From the NCBI GenBank assembly GCA_025786725.1, contig JAHLTZ010000026.1:310001-374000 (forward strand): a stretch of DNA of 64,000 bases. Reading direction: 5' to 3'. Shown one piece after another: positions 27,620 to 43,301 of the stretch. Source of the stretch: Syncephalis fuscata S228. Taxonomy: Eukaryota; Fungi; Zoopagomycota. Under the pieces are notes generated by a model. It had not been told where the DNA came from. It searched no databases and worked only from the letters and a program-made list of their open reading frames with translations. Numbering within the stretch: the stretch's first letter is position 1; each line of letters starts with the position of its first letter. Position numbers and translations under genes: made by a program.

Positions 27620-30235
27620 AATTGGCATCTACTTACAATGCTTGAAATCTTTAACCGATCTTCATTTGTAAACGATTCATTTGATATTGATTGTTTTAAA
27701 ATTTGCTAAGCCATTGGTAATAATGCATCTAATAGCGTTGATATTGTTAACGGCTTTTGCGCTAATAGCTGGATTACTGTTGTTGGTAAAGCTGCTGTTT
27801 TAGACACTTCCTGAATTATTGCTGGTATTGACTCGCTTGTGTCATCTAATTGCAATATCTTTTTGTTGCTTTCTTGTGTTCTTCAACTAATTGTAGTCTG
27901 GCAGTTTTTTTGGTTGTTTAAAAAACCAAGAACTAGCCAACGCTTGATCCACCGTTAAACAAGTATTGCAATTGATATCGAGTAGATCAGGCATTAGCTC
28001 TTGACCTGTAATAATAGTAATAGCTGCTATTTACATCAATACTATTATATTTGTGTACTACCTTTATTTAAAAAATGATTTCATTGACCAGGAAAAGGTA
28101 GCGGTTCGGTTAAAAGCCTTATAATATATTGTTCACGCATTTTGCAAATACTACAAAAATGACTGCCTAAATAAATACTATATTAGCACAAATGCATATG
28201 CTGTTTATATGTGTCTACCTAATAGTAGAATGTGAAGTACTATACCAAGACTCCACATATCCACTTCTTTTCCATAACCCTCCTCAGCAAACTGCGAATT
28301 TAGCATGTTTTGCAAAAAAGGATTTAAATCAAGTATAGCTGCAACTATTTTGTCTTTAGATTTGGCCTTAAAATTATATCTGGAGCAGCAAATCCAGGTG
28401 TTCCACATGTGTCAATAAAATATGGTTTTTTTCGGTAAGCATCTGCACCAAACCAAAATCTGAGACTACTACAGTGGGATTGGTACAATGTTGCTTCAAG
28501 AGAAAAACATTCGGCTAACGTTAAAAAGTTAAATGCTGTTAAAAACAATATAATGTAACTTCTCTACTTACTTTGATGTCCAGTGATATTTAATTAATAT
28601 GCTGGTTATAGTAGTAATGTATATATTAATAGTTATGGTTATGTACTTACCCTAATGAACAATATTTCTATAATGAAGACACTAAATTTATATAAGCAGT
28701 GTATTATTGAATTTTAGTAAAAACTTACCTTTACTCCGTTCAGCAATTGCGTAAAAATGTACTTTGACTCTGTTTCAGACAGCGGTGCGTATCGCATGTA
28801 GTAGTCAAACAGATCACCACCGAGAGCATACTCAAAACCATATATGTATTTTTCTTGGTCACTCCAGTGTTCAAAAGCTGTACAACATTTTTGTGTCTTT
28901 AAAAAGGCTTTAACAATTTAATTTCTTGCCTTATATTATTGGGATTGTTGTCGTCCTCCAAATGCTTAATTCGATCATTGCTGACTATTTTAATAGCAAT
29001 AGGTGTATGATTGTTGCGCGTGTAACCTGAAATAACATATTCATACCTGCCGCTATTGTTCATATTTTAACAATGCAGTTAAATAGTATTAAAGACCTAC
29101 GGTGCAATTACTCTACTGCTCAAAACATACTTGTTTTAATTATCTTGATTACCAAAAGCGTTAAATTAATATAGTTACAATTGCAAACATTATACTTCAT
29201 CATACTCGTCGCTTTCATCGTCCTTATAAACTTGAATGGAAATCAGTGTGTATATATTGAAAGTAGCTAGTAATAACAGAAATTAGGCAGTTACTAGCAT
29301 GAAGAAACACTTACTAGGACATCCAGGTATACGGAAATAGCTATCAAAGTAATTCTCGCACGTATAATTTGGTTGAATTTTTTCGTCATTGACTATGGAA
29401 TTAATTAGTTGTTGCATGTAAAAATTATATTCGTGACCCACCAACTATTACAGAGTTGCTTATATTCTAAAATAAAAACATTAATATGAATACAGCTAGA
29501 CACAGTTGGCCTATCTGAAACTAAATAATATTGACAATCTAAATAACGATTGTTAGCTAGCATCATCAAAATGCTATTAAGATACAATCTATTACTTACA
29601 CGATATATACGAAAGTGTTTGGAACAAATGCGCTTTTCACTCAATACGTAGTCACTAAAATATGCAATAGATTGCTAACAGGTGATGCTATAATAAATCC
29701 ACACTATTTATCAAAGTAAATTACAACCGACTACACAATCTTTAAAATTACGAATGAAAAACTCTAAATAAACAGTTACAATTAATTTGTTTTGTTTAAA
29801 ATGCAATTATCTGTTTTTCATCATCAAATGCTTCAACCCACACAATTGTTCCTTCTTTTTCTCTTTGTCTAAACTGTCCCAACAGTGAACATTTTTGATA
29901 AACAACCCTTTCTCGCTGGAAATCCGATATTGCAGTTAAACCAGAATCAAATGGGATAAAAAAGCTGGAGGATAAGAGCATGAGATATCATTACCTACAA
30001 CAGAGACACTTGCGTGCATGAACGATGCTGGACTAGCAAAAGCAGAAACAAAACGCTGAGCTAATGCAGTAGTATTTGGAACATACGTTGGAGTAACGGT
30101 AGTAGATGTCGTCTTTTCTGCATTTCTGAAAGGTATTGGAGCTGACATGGATGCAGTATTTACGGCATAATCGTTTACATCTCTGTTAGTATTTACTACC
30201 AAATTAGATAAAGGCAGCTTATCAAAGGCAGACAT
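27620..30235 (-). pseudogene. FHA-domain Ser/Thr kinase pseudogene, paralogue of 960-3354
   Basis: ICSKHFRIYR (FHA), IAIK, GGDLF, CGTPGFAAPD, YGKEVDMWSLG. Same 31-nt and 8-nt catalytic-loop exons, but an in-frame TAG at the HxD middle position, a GG acceptor at 28580-28581 and multiple frameshifts. Confidence 0.8.
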
Positions 30236-31820
30236 AAGTCGAGGCTAAACAACGTAAAATAGCTTTAAAAATAAAGTAAGACGTTTGTTTGTATAAGACG
30301 GCAATGAAATAAAATTATAATGGTTTAAATATTTTATTTTCTGTTAACCGAAAGCGCCAATACTATTACATTTGAATGACGCTTATTACAAAGTCTTAAA
30401 AAATGTATAGCCATCAATAGTGTGCATTATTTAGAAAACATCAACGCGTTGATAATAGTTCTAAAAACGGGTCTATTCAAACCAGCTCCATTTGTTAGTA
30501 CAGATGTATCTATTTTTTATCTTCACATGTTAATTGGCTCTAATTTAATCGCATTTCCAAGTGTCATATTAATTATTATTATCTAAGTGTCATGCAATTG
30601 ACAGCATTCTATACAAAACTCTTAATTTTTATTTTTAATTACAAAATACAACAAAGTATTGTCCAGTCTAAATATACTAATTTAAGCTATTGTTACAAGT
30701 TAAATTAATTTAATAATAATAATAATTTTTATCAAATTAATATTAGAACATTTGACTAAGCTACTACTACTATTTCTTTTCTCTTTTAGTTACTTGAGCA
30801 ATGTTACATCTTTTTATTACTGATGTTATAACAACATCATTTTTTAATGAATTAAAATCAAACTAAGTGTTGTAATAAGAAACAATAGCATCTATTGAGC
30901 TATTACAATTGTTGGTGTATATCCAATAATTAGATATGTACTTAATGCTTTTGTTTGTACATTTTTTGACTTTACATTTGAAAATACAACAACATCGTCT
31001 ACAATTGCCAATAAGCTTAAACCTGTCAACGGCAATCCTTAATTCTTTGATACTGGTAAATATGACCCCTTCAAACAGTTTGTTAAACATTGCAAGTGAT
31101 TGAAAGATGCAATTAGACTATTTCAGCTACTTGTGACACACTGTGACGATTAGCAATTTAATGGCTATCGTCTTGTTTACGCTTACTTCTATCGCCTAAG
31201 CATTAGTAACCACTAATTAATTGCTTACCTTGGTATAACACGGGCCTGATGCTATTATAACATAAACAATAAGTAATCATTCTTTTAATTATCGACTACC
31301 ACAGCTAAGCTTTAACAACTAAATAACACGTGCAACTAAAGCGGAGAAAAGAATATAGAGCCAAGGATATAGAAAGTGAACTAAAATCTTTAGTAATAAT
31401 TTAAAAACGGTGTATGTTTCAAATATCTCCTACTTATTTACTAAATTATTTACTTTGTTGTAATTAAATGTCAATCTTCAACATTTTGCTCTAGTTTTTG
31501 TTTCTTTATTTGGCTATATCAATTAAGTAATTTCTACTGTCTATTTAACTCAGCAAAGGCACAAGCTGTTTGTGATTGCAAATAGCAATTCTCCATGTGG
31601 CAGTAATTATTGCTTTAATGGTAAAAAGGCTGAGTTATATGGATATATATATGTATCTCCACACGTTCTTGATACTGAATAAGAGTTATCCAAAATTTTA
31701 AATATTTTTATAGTAATAGACAAAAAGAAGCTATTATAAAAGTCCATATTGGCGCCGCTGCTCTGCTCCAACTACTTTCCTCAATCTTTATTTTTACGCT
31801 AGCTCAATCAAAACGCCATC

Positions 31821-32971
31821 ATGATATTTGGTATTCAAACCAATATTTACGCAACCACTGTTGTGCTACTTACAGCTCTAGCGGTCAGTAGCAATGCAGC
31901 CTCAATATATAGGCGTGACGATATCCAGCAAAGTAAGCTAGATATTCTATTTAATGTGCACTGGAGTTTACAGATTTTAGCAGGCAAATTCTTTGATCAG
32001 CCTATCAATACGCCCGACGCCTTTAAACAAAGCACACTTACCATAAACAAGGTTCTAGAAAGTAAGCATGGCATATCTTATGCCGAGGGGACCTATCAAG
32101 ACAAGCCTATCCGCATTGCTTGTGGAAACGATAATGATAACGCTGACGATCATGAGCTTTTGGTGCTCAAGGTATGTTCTGCGAAAAATACATCAGCAGC
32201 AGCCAAAGTTTTAAACCTGGCAACAATAGGATCTTAGGAAAGCCACTGCCATTTCACGTGCATCGGAACCCGGCTACAATTATCTTGCCTACCCAATACA
32301 CGACTTTAACATTAATGAAAATAAATGCTACATCACCTCAGCTCGATGCGATCACAAACTAAGCGATCAGAATGAAAAGAAACTAAGTCCATCAATTTTA
32401 TCCAATACAAAGCTTCCTATGCTAGGAACGCAATATTTGGAAGGTAGATATTGTTTGTACATTAATTTACAACACTAACTTATATTATCAGCACTTTATG
32501 CTTTACGTAGAATTGGATGGTCCTATGGCGATGCAGAGCCAGAGGGTAGGTTTTAATTATTAGTACATTATTAACCAGTAACTGATTTTATTAAATGCTA
32601 GACTTTTGTGTCAATGCCGATGAAAACGAAGGTTTGCAGCTTGTTGTTCGCAACTTTGAAAAGGCCGACTATTTAAAAATCTCGGGTACTCAAGGTGTTA
32701 GCGTCAAGCGCTTTGTTGAATTGGTGAACTGGCACACGATCTATCTGATTATGCTGACCAACAGCTTTATCAATGACTGGCTTTTTTCCGTAGGAGGATT
32801 AATTAAATCCCGTTACATTGTAACTGAAATTATGAATGAAAAGTACTATGGCCATATTTAAAAGAGACTGGCGATCAAACTTTAACCAAACCAACCGAGA
32901 CCAAGCCAGCATACCCGGCTATCTCGTCACCACCTAGTGCGCAATTAAAGGATGATCCTATTGGATATTAA
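31821..32971 (+). CDS. secreted protein-kinase-fold pseudokinase (frameshifted near 32180-32250)
   Basis: Signal peptide (…ALAVSSNA); GISYAEGTYQDKPIRIAC, HELLVLK, QYLE|ALYALRRIGWSYGDAEPE|DFCV…LVVRNFEKA map onto kinase subdomains I-VII with catalytic residues altered; 2 introns. Confidence 0.6.
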
Positions 32972-33436
32972 CTTAATTGCATGACCATCCAAGTGTACTG
33001 GTTGTAACGATGACCATTAAAATAAACCAATGAATTAACAAATAAAATGTGATTGAATAGATTTATTCTATCGATGTTACTAGTTACTTTACAGTGCACG
33101 TCACGACACCAGTCAGCTGTTGCCATTCATTTATTGCTTTCATCCTGCAGTTGATCACGAGGTGTGTTCAGCCGACTATAGCCACTTTTCTGTTTTATCA
33201 TCTTGTCTCTGCCAATTGAATTACCAAAGCTCAACTCTTTCTATTCCGCTACTGTAACCAATTGTTTGTTTTTATTTGACATTGGAACGTGTGTATACAA
33301 CCACGCAACGTGACGGTGCTAACACGCACCCAGCTTTTACAATTCAATCCACCCGACGCGTAAGTTAGGTAGTAGCAGGAATCCAGGTTATATAATAGCT
33401 GGTACAGCTGTTACCGAGGTAGTCAACGCAGCAATC

Positions 33437-36400
33437 ATGGAATGGTAAGTTCTCGCGCTAGATGACCGATGATTGGACGCAGTCTGATGTCAATACTGTA
33501 CTAGTATCAATTACAATCTATATGAAGATATTTTGCAAAGTATAGCAGAAACAACGCAGAAAAGCACTACGTCACAAGATGATTTGAGGAAAATACTGGT
33601 GCAATGTCCGGTTCTTGAAGGCGTTAACCTGACGATTTGATGGACGAAAATGGAGGGCGTCGTAACGAGGAAATTGTAAGTATATCAATAGGCTGGTCAT
33701 GAGTATTGAAGCTAATCATGTATAATGAATATGGAATTGAATGATTTAGACGCAGCGTGCCGGAAAAGCACTAGTGACACTAGCGCGTATGATTCCATCA
33801 GCACCAGCATCAGAGCAAGCACGTTTGGTTGATTATTTGCTAGAATTTCTACGCCAAATGCTAAGCTTTACATTTGAGGAACGACTTTATAAAGGTAAAC
33901 TAAAGATACTTAATAAACAAATGTCATATTTAACACAAAATCATTTTAGATAAAACGTTGATCGAGTCATTTACGCATGATTTGGTGGCCGAATTATTGT
34001 GCATTGCCATTAAATGTCCACAATTTGCAACGACGATTAGTCAAGAAGTTTGGAATTTTTGGAAGAGTTTTCAAGTGCACTGGCCCGAGATGATCTTGAC
34101 CGTACTTTTTGTATGATTATGCCATCATTGATCGGTCTATTGGACGCGATAGAGAAGACGGAATTTGTATTCCCTGACGAGTATTTCCGTCCATTGTTAG
34201 ACTTGAGTGGCAAGTTATTGCACACCTCCGTGCTGGACCGAGTACGTGAAGCTGTGCAAGCCGCGTTTGATCAACCGGAAGGATCGTACGCCTATCGTTT
34301 GGCCCGTGTCGCATTAAGAAATTGCAAACTATCTGGCAATTATTTAATTTTATGCTATTTACGCGTGATGAGTGCCTATCTAGCTAGACATCTTAATTTT
34401 GTATCGGATCAGTTTATGCCGCAAGCCGCCATGCTAATGACCGATCGATGGGCAGCTTTAAGTTCTCACGAAGCCGTATCAGCCCTTAGTGGTGGCGATG
34501 AAGCACATCGTGTGCTGCGTGGTGCTTATGTGATGGCCGGACAATATTTTAGTGATTTGTATACATTTGCAATTACACTACGTGATGAAGATAAGATTTG
34601 TAGTTCCGATTTATATGCCAGTGACATTATGAGTGTTAGTTTGGTAAGTAAAATAAACAGTAGTGCAGTTAATATAGTAACAATTGCATCACCACATAGA
34701 TGGTATCCACACTAAGCGCAGTCCATTTGCGCAATGTAGATGAGTCGCTTTTATCTAAGCTGGATTCTGTTCTTGTCAATGGTCCATTACGTATTGGCAA
34801 CTTTTCAGATACTATTCTTCATTCAGCTTGTTTGCAAGCATGTACGATCTTGGTTAAAAAGTTTGTATAGATTATAGATACTATTAATATAAATATTAAT
34901 GATATATATATCTATATTTATTGGGTCCTAGTTTCCGACAACTTCGAGAAAGAATCGGTGATTTAATGGCCAATGCTCTTGTATCTCCCGCTACTTCATG
35001 GCAAACTATGGATGATGTGGAAGTCACTGAACTACGTGACATGACAGTCAATGCACTAGGCTGTTGCATGAAAGTAGTCAATGTATGTTTACATTTATTC
35101 AAGTTAAAATTGGTTTAAATTAATTATATTATTATAATAATAATAATATTATTATTATTATAGGATACGGATGGTGATGAACGAGTTGTAGCACGTATCA
35201 ACATGCTATTAAATGCATTATATGCACTGGCTATAACGTCAGATAATGCTGAAGAAGACTATATCCGTCATCGTTTGGTCAGCGAGAGTATTGTATCGGC
35301 TATTGCCGGTATTGCCAGTATATTAAAAGATAATAAGGTAGGAGCGATTTAGATAGCCATAGCCAAGTGACCCAACATCTATATACATCTAGGTGACCGC
35401 TTTCTGTTTATCTATTCTATCACGCCGTCTGGGCAATCCAGTATCTCCATTAGATCCAGTTATTCTAGCAAAACTGGTCGATATTGCACTAGTAGCACCA
35501 GAAACTGTATTTGAAGAAGTGATCCATATGTTTACACATATTGGCAAACAGCGATCTTCATCAAAGAATGCCGCTATTACAGCTGCTGTAAGTAATGTGA
35601 TCCACTGTAAATACACAGTATATTAATCAATTGACTATAGGCACTTCAAAGCCAATTATCGTTAGCCAATCGCATTAATTCACGACCTGATTTATATGAA
35701 GCACTTTTAAAGTCTTTATTAAATCAATTTAACGAGAAAGGCGTCATGATCCAACAAATGATACAAGACAGTGGCAAGAACCAGCAAATGTCATCACTGG
35801 CGGCAGAATTGGGCGTTCTCCTTCCAGTGCTTCATGCTTTAATTAGCCATGATGATTTTGATGAAAAGTTGCTGCATAAACAAGAGGCAGCCGCACTTAT
35901 GCGCAACGTCTGGTTCCATTGTGTACTCTTTGGATTCTGTCACGAACCCGCCTGGTTACGCGAATGGGGCGATGCTCTAAGAGGTATTGCTATGAAGACG
36001 CCATTATTAGTACCACCTAGTGCGGCTGCCTATTTAGATGAAGAAATAGCACTTAATTCAGTACTGCGTCGAGGATTCTCCGATCAAGTAAGTCGTAACA
36101 ATAAGCCATAATAGCTATAACCAACCATTACTGTAGATTATTCAAGCTTTACGCAATAATCTAGCATTGATTCTATCTGAACCACCATCAGCACTTCGTC
36201 AATTATCATTTGGACATCATATGTTTTTATTGGCTGTTTACTACATGGAACTATTCCGTGCACAGTCTGGTTCTTGTTCTCATGTATTTAAATACTTTGA
36301 AATACCCGGCGTTAATGAAAATAGATTGGCTCCCTATTTACGTACCATTTCCGATAAAATACTTGAAGCGTTTATCGATACGCAAATGCAACAAGCCGAC

Positions 36401-39400
36401 AGCATTAACGAACATACACAACAAGAAATGCGCAGTCTAATGATTGGTAGCTGTCATGGTATACCCAATGCCCATGTTCAGTATTTAAGAGGTGCTGAGC
36501 GCATGGTCGGTCAATTCCCTATGCTAATGGCCGATTGTAAGCTTGTTTATCTTGGTCTTGAGCTTGTCCATCTACTATGGCTTAGTTGCGAGGCTGAAAC
36601 ATTGGAAGAGGCAAGTATTTCATAGATAAATAGTATGAATGTTATTAATAACCCTATTTATAGTACTCGACAGAATATCATTTCACATCACAATTGTGTA
36701 ATGTAACCCTTGAACTGCCAGATAATATTGGTTATCGACGTGATTTATTAAGTCGGGTTAAAGCATCAATTGAAAACTGGATTATCATTGCTTATAAACA
36801 AAGTCCTGATGAAGTATCTGCCGTGTTACAGGTAACCATCCAAGTATATATATACGCGTGCATATTTATTATTAACTGTTATAATCAGCATTATCTATTC
36901 CATACAGAAGAGAGTGAATTACACGATCTAGGTCATACAGGACGTGTATTAGCCTTGCAGATAGGACAGAGTGCATCGCGTAAGTATTGTATTAATAATA
37001 GTAAAATCAATTACACTAATACTAATACTTGTAACATTAGATAATGTCGGTGCGTTAAAACATACCGGGTCATCATTTCTACGTGGATTTGCCTCAAGAC
37101 AACGTAGTTGGGGACAAGTTTATAAGATTGTTGAAGATCCAGATCTACCAATATCCGATAATGATATTGCCAGTGATTTGGAACATAAACTTGAAACGAT
37201 GTTAACAAATGCTCGACGATCAATGACCGTGTGTCCATCTGAACTAAGTGAACAGCTACATCGAGCAGCCGTTCTTCTTATTAGTGCTAAAGAGGTAACT
37301 AGCGTAGGTTATTGTGTTATTATTAGCGTTAATATTCTTGTTTAGATTAATTATAAGATACTTGATTATGTCTGTGATACACCGGTGGCTGTATTTACAC
37401 CAGAATCTATGAGAGCTGCCACTTCCGTTTGGTTATGGCTTTGTCTAGCTCGACCAGAAATTGAACCATTCTTGGCAGTTAAAATATCGCTTTGTTGGTC
37501 GGAAATGTTACGTGGTCGCAAGGGTATTTTCTCTGAGAGTTACAAGTTAGTCTTTCAATATCATAATAGTATAGTTATTAATATAGTTTATATAATATAT
37601 TATAGTCTAACAGATCCAATGATTACCAAGATGCACTATGCGCCATCAGAAAAGAATCCACGCTATCGACAGAACCGTATGGCTATTAGAGCATTTGCCG
37701 CCCATACTATTTGGATTAAATTCTTTGCCAATCATTTTGAAGTAGTTCGTATGCGTAGTCAAGATTTGGTTCGGTTCTTTACCAATACCCTTATTGTTAC
37801 CTTTTATAATCGACAAACCTTTAGGTATGAATTAAAGGTATGGACATTTACAATACTAATTTATCTATTGTTGATAGTAATCATCCATTGGCCCGTGAAC
37901 CTATATTCCGACTTATTCGTCTTGGTCTACGAGTACTTGAACGGGCCAACATCGATGTTGTGTGCGAGTATCGTTTCCGGTCATTATTGTATAATGCCGC
38001 ATTTGTATGGTTCTCAGGTCCACCCAAATGGAGCTCTAATGGCAATAATAAGCTGGCCGCCCAGGAAGTTGAACTATTACTCGATGTTTACCAAGCAGTT
38101 CAAAGCGATACAGAAAGTATTGACCAGGCCGCATTTGAACACCAAACCAACATGAGACGTGACAGTACACAATTACCTGGATTAAAGGAATTACGCGATA
38201 CGGCGAAAGATATTGCCCCCGGTCTACTTAAGAATATCCACCCCGTATCACTCAATGGTAAGTTGTTACTTAATAATAATAAGAATACCAATACCATAAC
38301 CAGTTATTTATATCTATGTTTCTATTAGATAATCTAAGACGATTTTCAAGATGGAGACGTTTATTGCTATTGTTACTAGAAAGTGAAATTAGTCGATTGG
38401 GTGCATGGAATAATCCAATTCTTGGTACAACATTTACTCCATCCATTTCCAAGAGTTTAACTGATGTACGTTTACTATATTACTAATGATGAATTACTAG
38501 TTATTAACATGCATATTAATAGGATGCTTGGAAGAATGCTATACGATATGCATGGGATGTATCACGTGAATTGGCATTTGGTCTATTATCTCGATACCGT
38601 ACACCTATTTTAGAGGCTGAAGTACTTAATCTACTAACAACTGATCCCAATCAAGCAGTTGGTATTCCAGAGGCTATGCCTTATTTAGTTGAGCATTTAC
38701 ACGAACTATCATCATTCCAACATAAGGTTAGTTTTAAATGATAGATAGTAATCTATACTAATCTATACTAATATGTATTTGTATATATATATATATATAT
38801 TGATTAGTATTTACTTTATTGGCATCCAGTGCCACCAGTGACAGCCATTACGTATTTCATGCCCCAATATACTGGTCTACCACAAATGTTACAATACGCC
38901 ATTCGTTCACTTGAACACTTTGATGTCAATCTTGTCTTTTTCTACATTCCTCAACTTGTACAAGCACTTCGATATGATCGTCTTGGTAAGTAGATGGTAT
39001 AAATACTATAAGTTATTCTAATATATATATATATGTGTGTGTGTGTATGTGTGTATATATGTATATATGTATATGTGTATATGTGTAGGTTATGTTGAAA
39101 AGTATATTATTGAAGCAGCACGTGTGTCTCAATACTTTGCCCATCAAATTATTTGGAATATGAAGGCCAATATGTATAAAGATGAAGATTCTCAAATAGT
39201 AAGTTGATAATAATAATAATATTATTATTACTTAATATAATATTTAATGTTAATCTATTATAACTATAGCCTGATGATTTGAAATCAGTACTGGATCGTA
39301 TTGTTGATGAAATTGTTAATGGATTATCTGGAGAGGATCGATCATTCTATACACGTGAATTCACCTTCTTTAATGAAGTAACTGGTATTTCTGGTAAACT

Positions 39401-41037
39401 TAAACCATTCATTAAAAGTAGTAAAGAGGAGAAGAAGGTAATAAAGTACACGTAATGAATACACAATACTAACTATTTAAACTATTTAAACTATTAAATA
39501 TAGAAAAAGATCGATGAAGAGATTCGTAAAGTACATGTTGATGTTGGTGTCTATCTACCAAGTAATCCTGATGGCATTGTTATCGGCATTGACTATCAAT
39601 CAGGTAGACCACTACAGAGTCACGCTAAGGTTAGTAATAAATAGATTAATATTGATACTTTATTAATATTAATAACGATTGATAATGATAGGCACCATTT
39701 ATGGCTACTTTCCGTATTCAACGTACAATTGAAGAAGAAAGCCCAGATACCGCAGCACATAATAGTGCATTGGTATCAACTTCATCGGTAGTGGCTACTT
39801 GTTCGGATACTGCAGTAGAGAGTAAAAAGAAAGCGGTTGTACCCAATAAGCGAACAAGCAGTCTAATCCAACGAGATCCATTAATGTTAAAGAAACGATC
39901 TCGCGTAATTGAAACTTGGTTATCGGCCATTTTCAAAGTAGGCGATGATTGTCGACAAGATTTATTGGCCCTCCAATTGATTGCCATGTTCCGCAGTATA
40001 TTCGATGCTGCTGGTCTAGATTTATGGGTATTCCCTTATCGTGTCGTTGCTACAGCACCTGGAGTAAGTGGTTAATTATTAGTAATTGGTAGAGGAATAG
40101 GACTAATGACACTCGCTCCATTAATAGTGTGGTGTTATTGATGTTATTCCCAATTCTATATCGCGTGATCAATTGGGTCGTGAAAAGGTTAATAGTCTCT
40201 ACGAGTAAGTATTATGCTGTGTAATATTTGTATATAGTTACTAATCGTTAATAGTTATTATATTACTAAATTTGGTGGTGTCGACTCGATTCGATTCCAA
40301 CAAGCGCGTAATAACTTTATTAAAAGTGTTGCGGCCTATTCAGTCATCTCTTATTTACTACAATTTAAGGATCGACATAATGGCAACATTATGATTGACT
40401 CGGAAGGCTATATGATTCATATTGGTAGGACCATTAGTGTAGGTTAGTAGATTTAACCAACGCTTTTATAATATATAGATTTTGGATTTATATTGGATAT
40501 TTCACCGGGTGGTATTAATTTTGAAAGTTCTCCATTTAAATTGACCGCTGAAATGATTCAAGTAATGGGTGGTAATGCCGAAGTACAGCCATATAAATGG
40601 TTCTGTGAATTATGTATCAATGCTTACCTAGCCAGTCGGTAAGTATATCATTGAACTATAATAATAATATTTAATTCATTTACTTCATTTCTATTAGATC
40701 TTATATGGATCAGATCTGTCAGATGGTTGAACTTATGTTAGATTCAGGACTTCCTTGCTTTAAAGGTAAGTAATTCATTGGTTAATTAAGATATAATTAT
40801 AATAACATTATAACATTATTTAGGTGAAACGATTAAACGATTGAAATATCGATTCCAACCAGAAAGGACTGAACAACAAGCAGCTCAATTTATGCTTGAT
40901 CGTATTAAGGAATCATTTGAGAATAGACGTACTGTTTGGTACGATTCTTTCCAAAAGGCCACGAATGGTAAGTAGGATACACATAATTAACTAATTACTC
41001 ATCATACTAATTGATATCTATAGGTATTCCATATTAA
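33437..41037 (+). CDS. STT4: phosphatidylinositol 4-kinase III alpha
   Basis: [70 protein letters not shown]-terminal NGIPY; many introns. Confidence 0.95.
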
Positions 41038-41337
41038 ATATTCATTCTAGGGTATTAGATAGGGTAATTGTTTATCATATCTATTATATCCATTTATCCA
41101 TTCATCTGTTTGACTATATCTTAATTCTACATATGAATAGTTCAGTATCATTAAGAATAAATAAAGTAATAAACCATTCTTATATTCAATCAATTGTCTG
41201 TTTGTAAAGTAGGATGTGTGTGTGTGTACTATAGATGTAATGGTAGTAGTAGCTGTTGTTGTTGTTGTTGTTGTAGTAGTGTAGTAGAATACTAATGATA
41301 AAGTAGTCATTATCAAGTATATCGACGCCTAGACACG

Positions 41338-41896
41338 TTAATGTGGTCCTGGGAATCCACCACGCATACCACGACCACGACCACGCGCTATTTAAACATA
41401 AATATAGATTAATAAGGTATTATATATATATTAGTTGTTTAATATTTACCTTGAGCACGAGCCACTGTCGCTCTACCACGTCCCATACCAACACCACGTC
41501 CTTTAAAGGCATTGGGTCCCATTTGTAGAAACATAGGCGCGTTCTTTAACATATCCGGTACGACAAAGAAACGAATCTGTGAACCACGTACATAGACCTG
41601 ATCAAGATGGGCCGTTCGTCCATCGCGTTGCGTCACCGTAATATTACGCATCTGTACATTCATATTGTCCTCGGCTAATCGTATTAGAGTGCACAAAAAT
41701 GATATTGTAGATTAGAAAACGTTTAATTGATTCAGCGCGGTCAACGATCTAACCACCCGATGATGTCTTGTGGTAAAGAGAACGCGTACTTACCTTCATA
41801 CAATTTACCACGATAAGTCTGACCCGTTTTAAGTTCAAGTGTCACGATATGGCCCTGAGCCTCGTGTAGTAACTTGATAGGAACACCGATAGACAT
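41338..41896 (-). CDS. SMD3: small nuclear ribonucleoprotein Sm D3
   Basis: [32 protein letters not shown]…AEDNMNVQM…[20 protein letters not shown]; RG-rich tail. Confidence 0.96.
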
Positions 41897-42931
41897 AATT
41901 GATTACGGTTACGGTTATTGCTATGGTTGGTTAATCAAGTAAAACAACCACCTTGGTAAATGAAAACAAAAGGAAAGAAAAATACTACTCGTTCGTTGGA
42001 TCAATGGATACTAGATGAACATTCGGATATTAATTAGACATGTCACGTGATATTGTATGTTTGTAATGATGGATCACTCAAATTAGCGTATTTACAACAT
42101 TAGTATGAATTACTGTATCAATATTAATAATAGTGTTATTAGCTTAGTATTAATATTAGTAGTTGGTATGAATTATCTTAATGATTATAGTTGTATACAA
42201 TAAATATAATAGTTTATTATTCTATAAACCATTTAAATACTTGTCATGTGTGTATCTATTTGTGTGTGTATTTATTTGTGTGTGTGTGTGTGTGTTGACA
42301 TCAACTAATCATCCAGTCAACACACACACAAATAGATACACACAAATAGATCCACACGCAGTATTGTGGCCATTTTCTTTCTTACCCTCTCTTACTCCTC
42401 TTTCATCTTACTTCACATTGGATTGACGTGCGTGCCTGTGTACGCGGCTGTTATTTCATACTTCTCGTCTAGTCTGGTAAGTAAACAACTGCGGTGTTTC
42501 TAGTACTATTATCTAGTCATCTACTGTCTATGGCATATATCTATGTGTGTATGTATGTGGTACATAGCGCGGATGATAAATGTAGAGTGGCTAATACGCA
42601 AATACACGTCCGCTATTTCTCCGCGCTATAAACTACGACTTTTATGGTATGACTTATGTTACTTGCTATTACTACTACAACTACCATAACTACTTAATAT
42701 AGCTATTATAAGTATAACCATACTAACTAGTTATCTTTCTTTTAACTTTGCTATTTAATATTTAATATTTAATATTTAGCCTTGTTACTAAGCCTATACC
42801 TCAAGTAAGTAGATGGGTTGTCTAGTATCTATATAGACATATATAGACAGATATATATATATAATATGGCTGAGCTAACTATAATACTTTATGACCTAGC
42901 CTATATAACTCTACTCACTTTCTATTCCACG

Positions 42932-43301
<370 letters not shown>

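Noticed and set aside
30863-31090. Minus ORF (FEGVIFTSIKELRIAVDRF…C…KC) faintly like a Mutator/MuDR transposase N-terminal domain
   Set aside because: Only a short motif-level resemblance; no DDE domain, TIRs or TSD seen.
31181-31255. Possible 2-nt and 23-nt exons on the minus strand (cttac-tt-cta; cttac…cta)
   Set aside because: Not 3n, no signal exon, no train of further cassettes; may be chance or UTR splicing.
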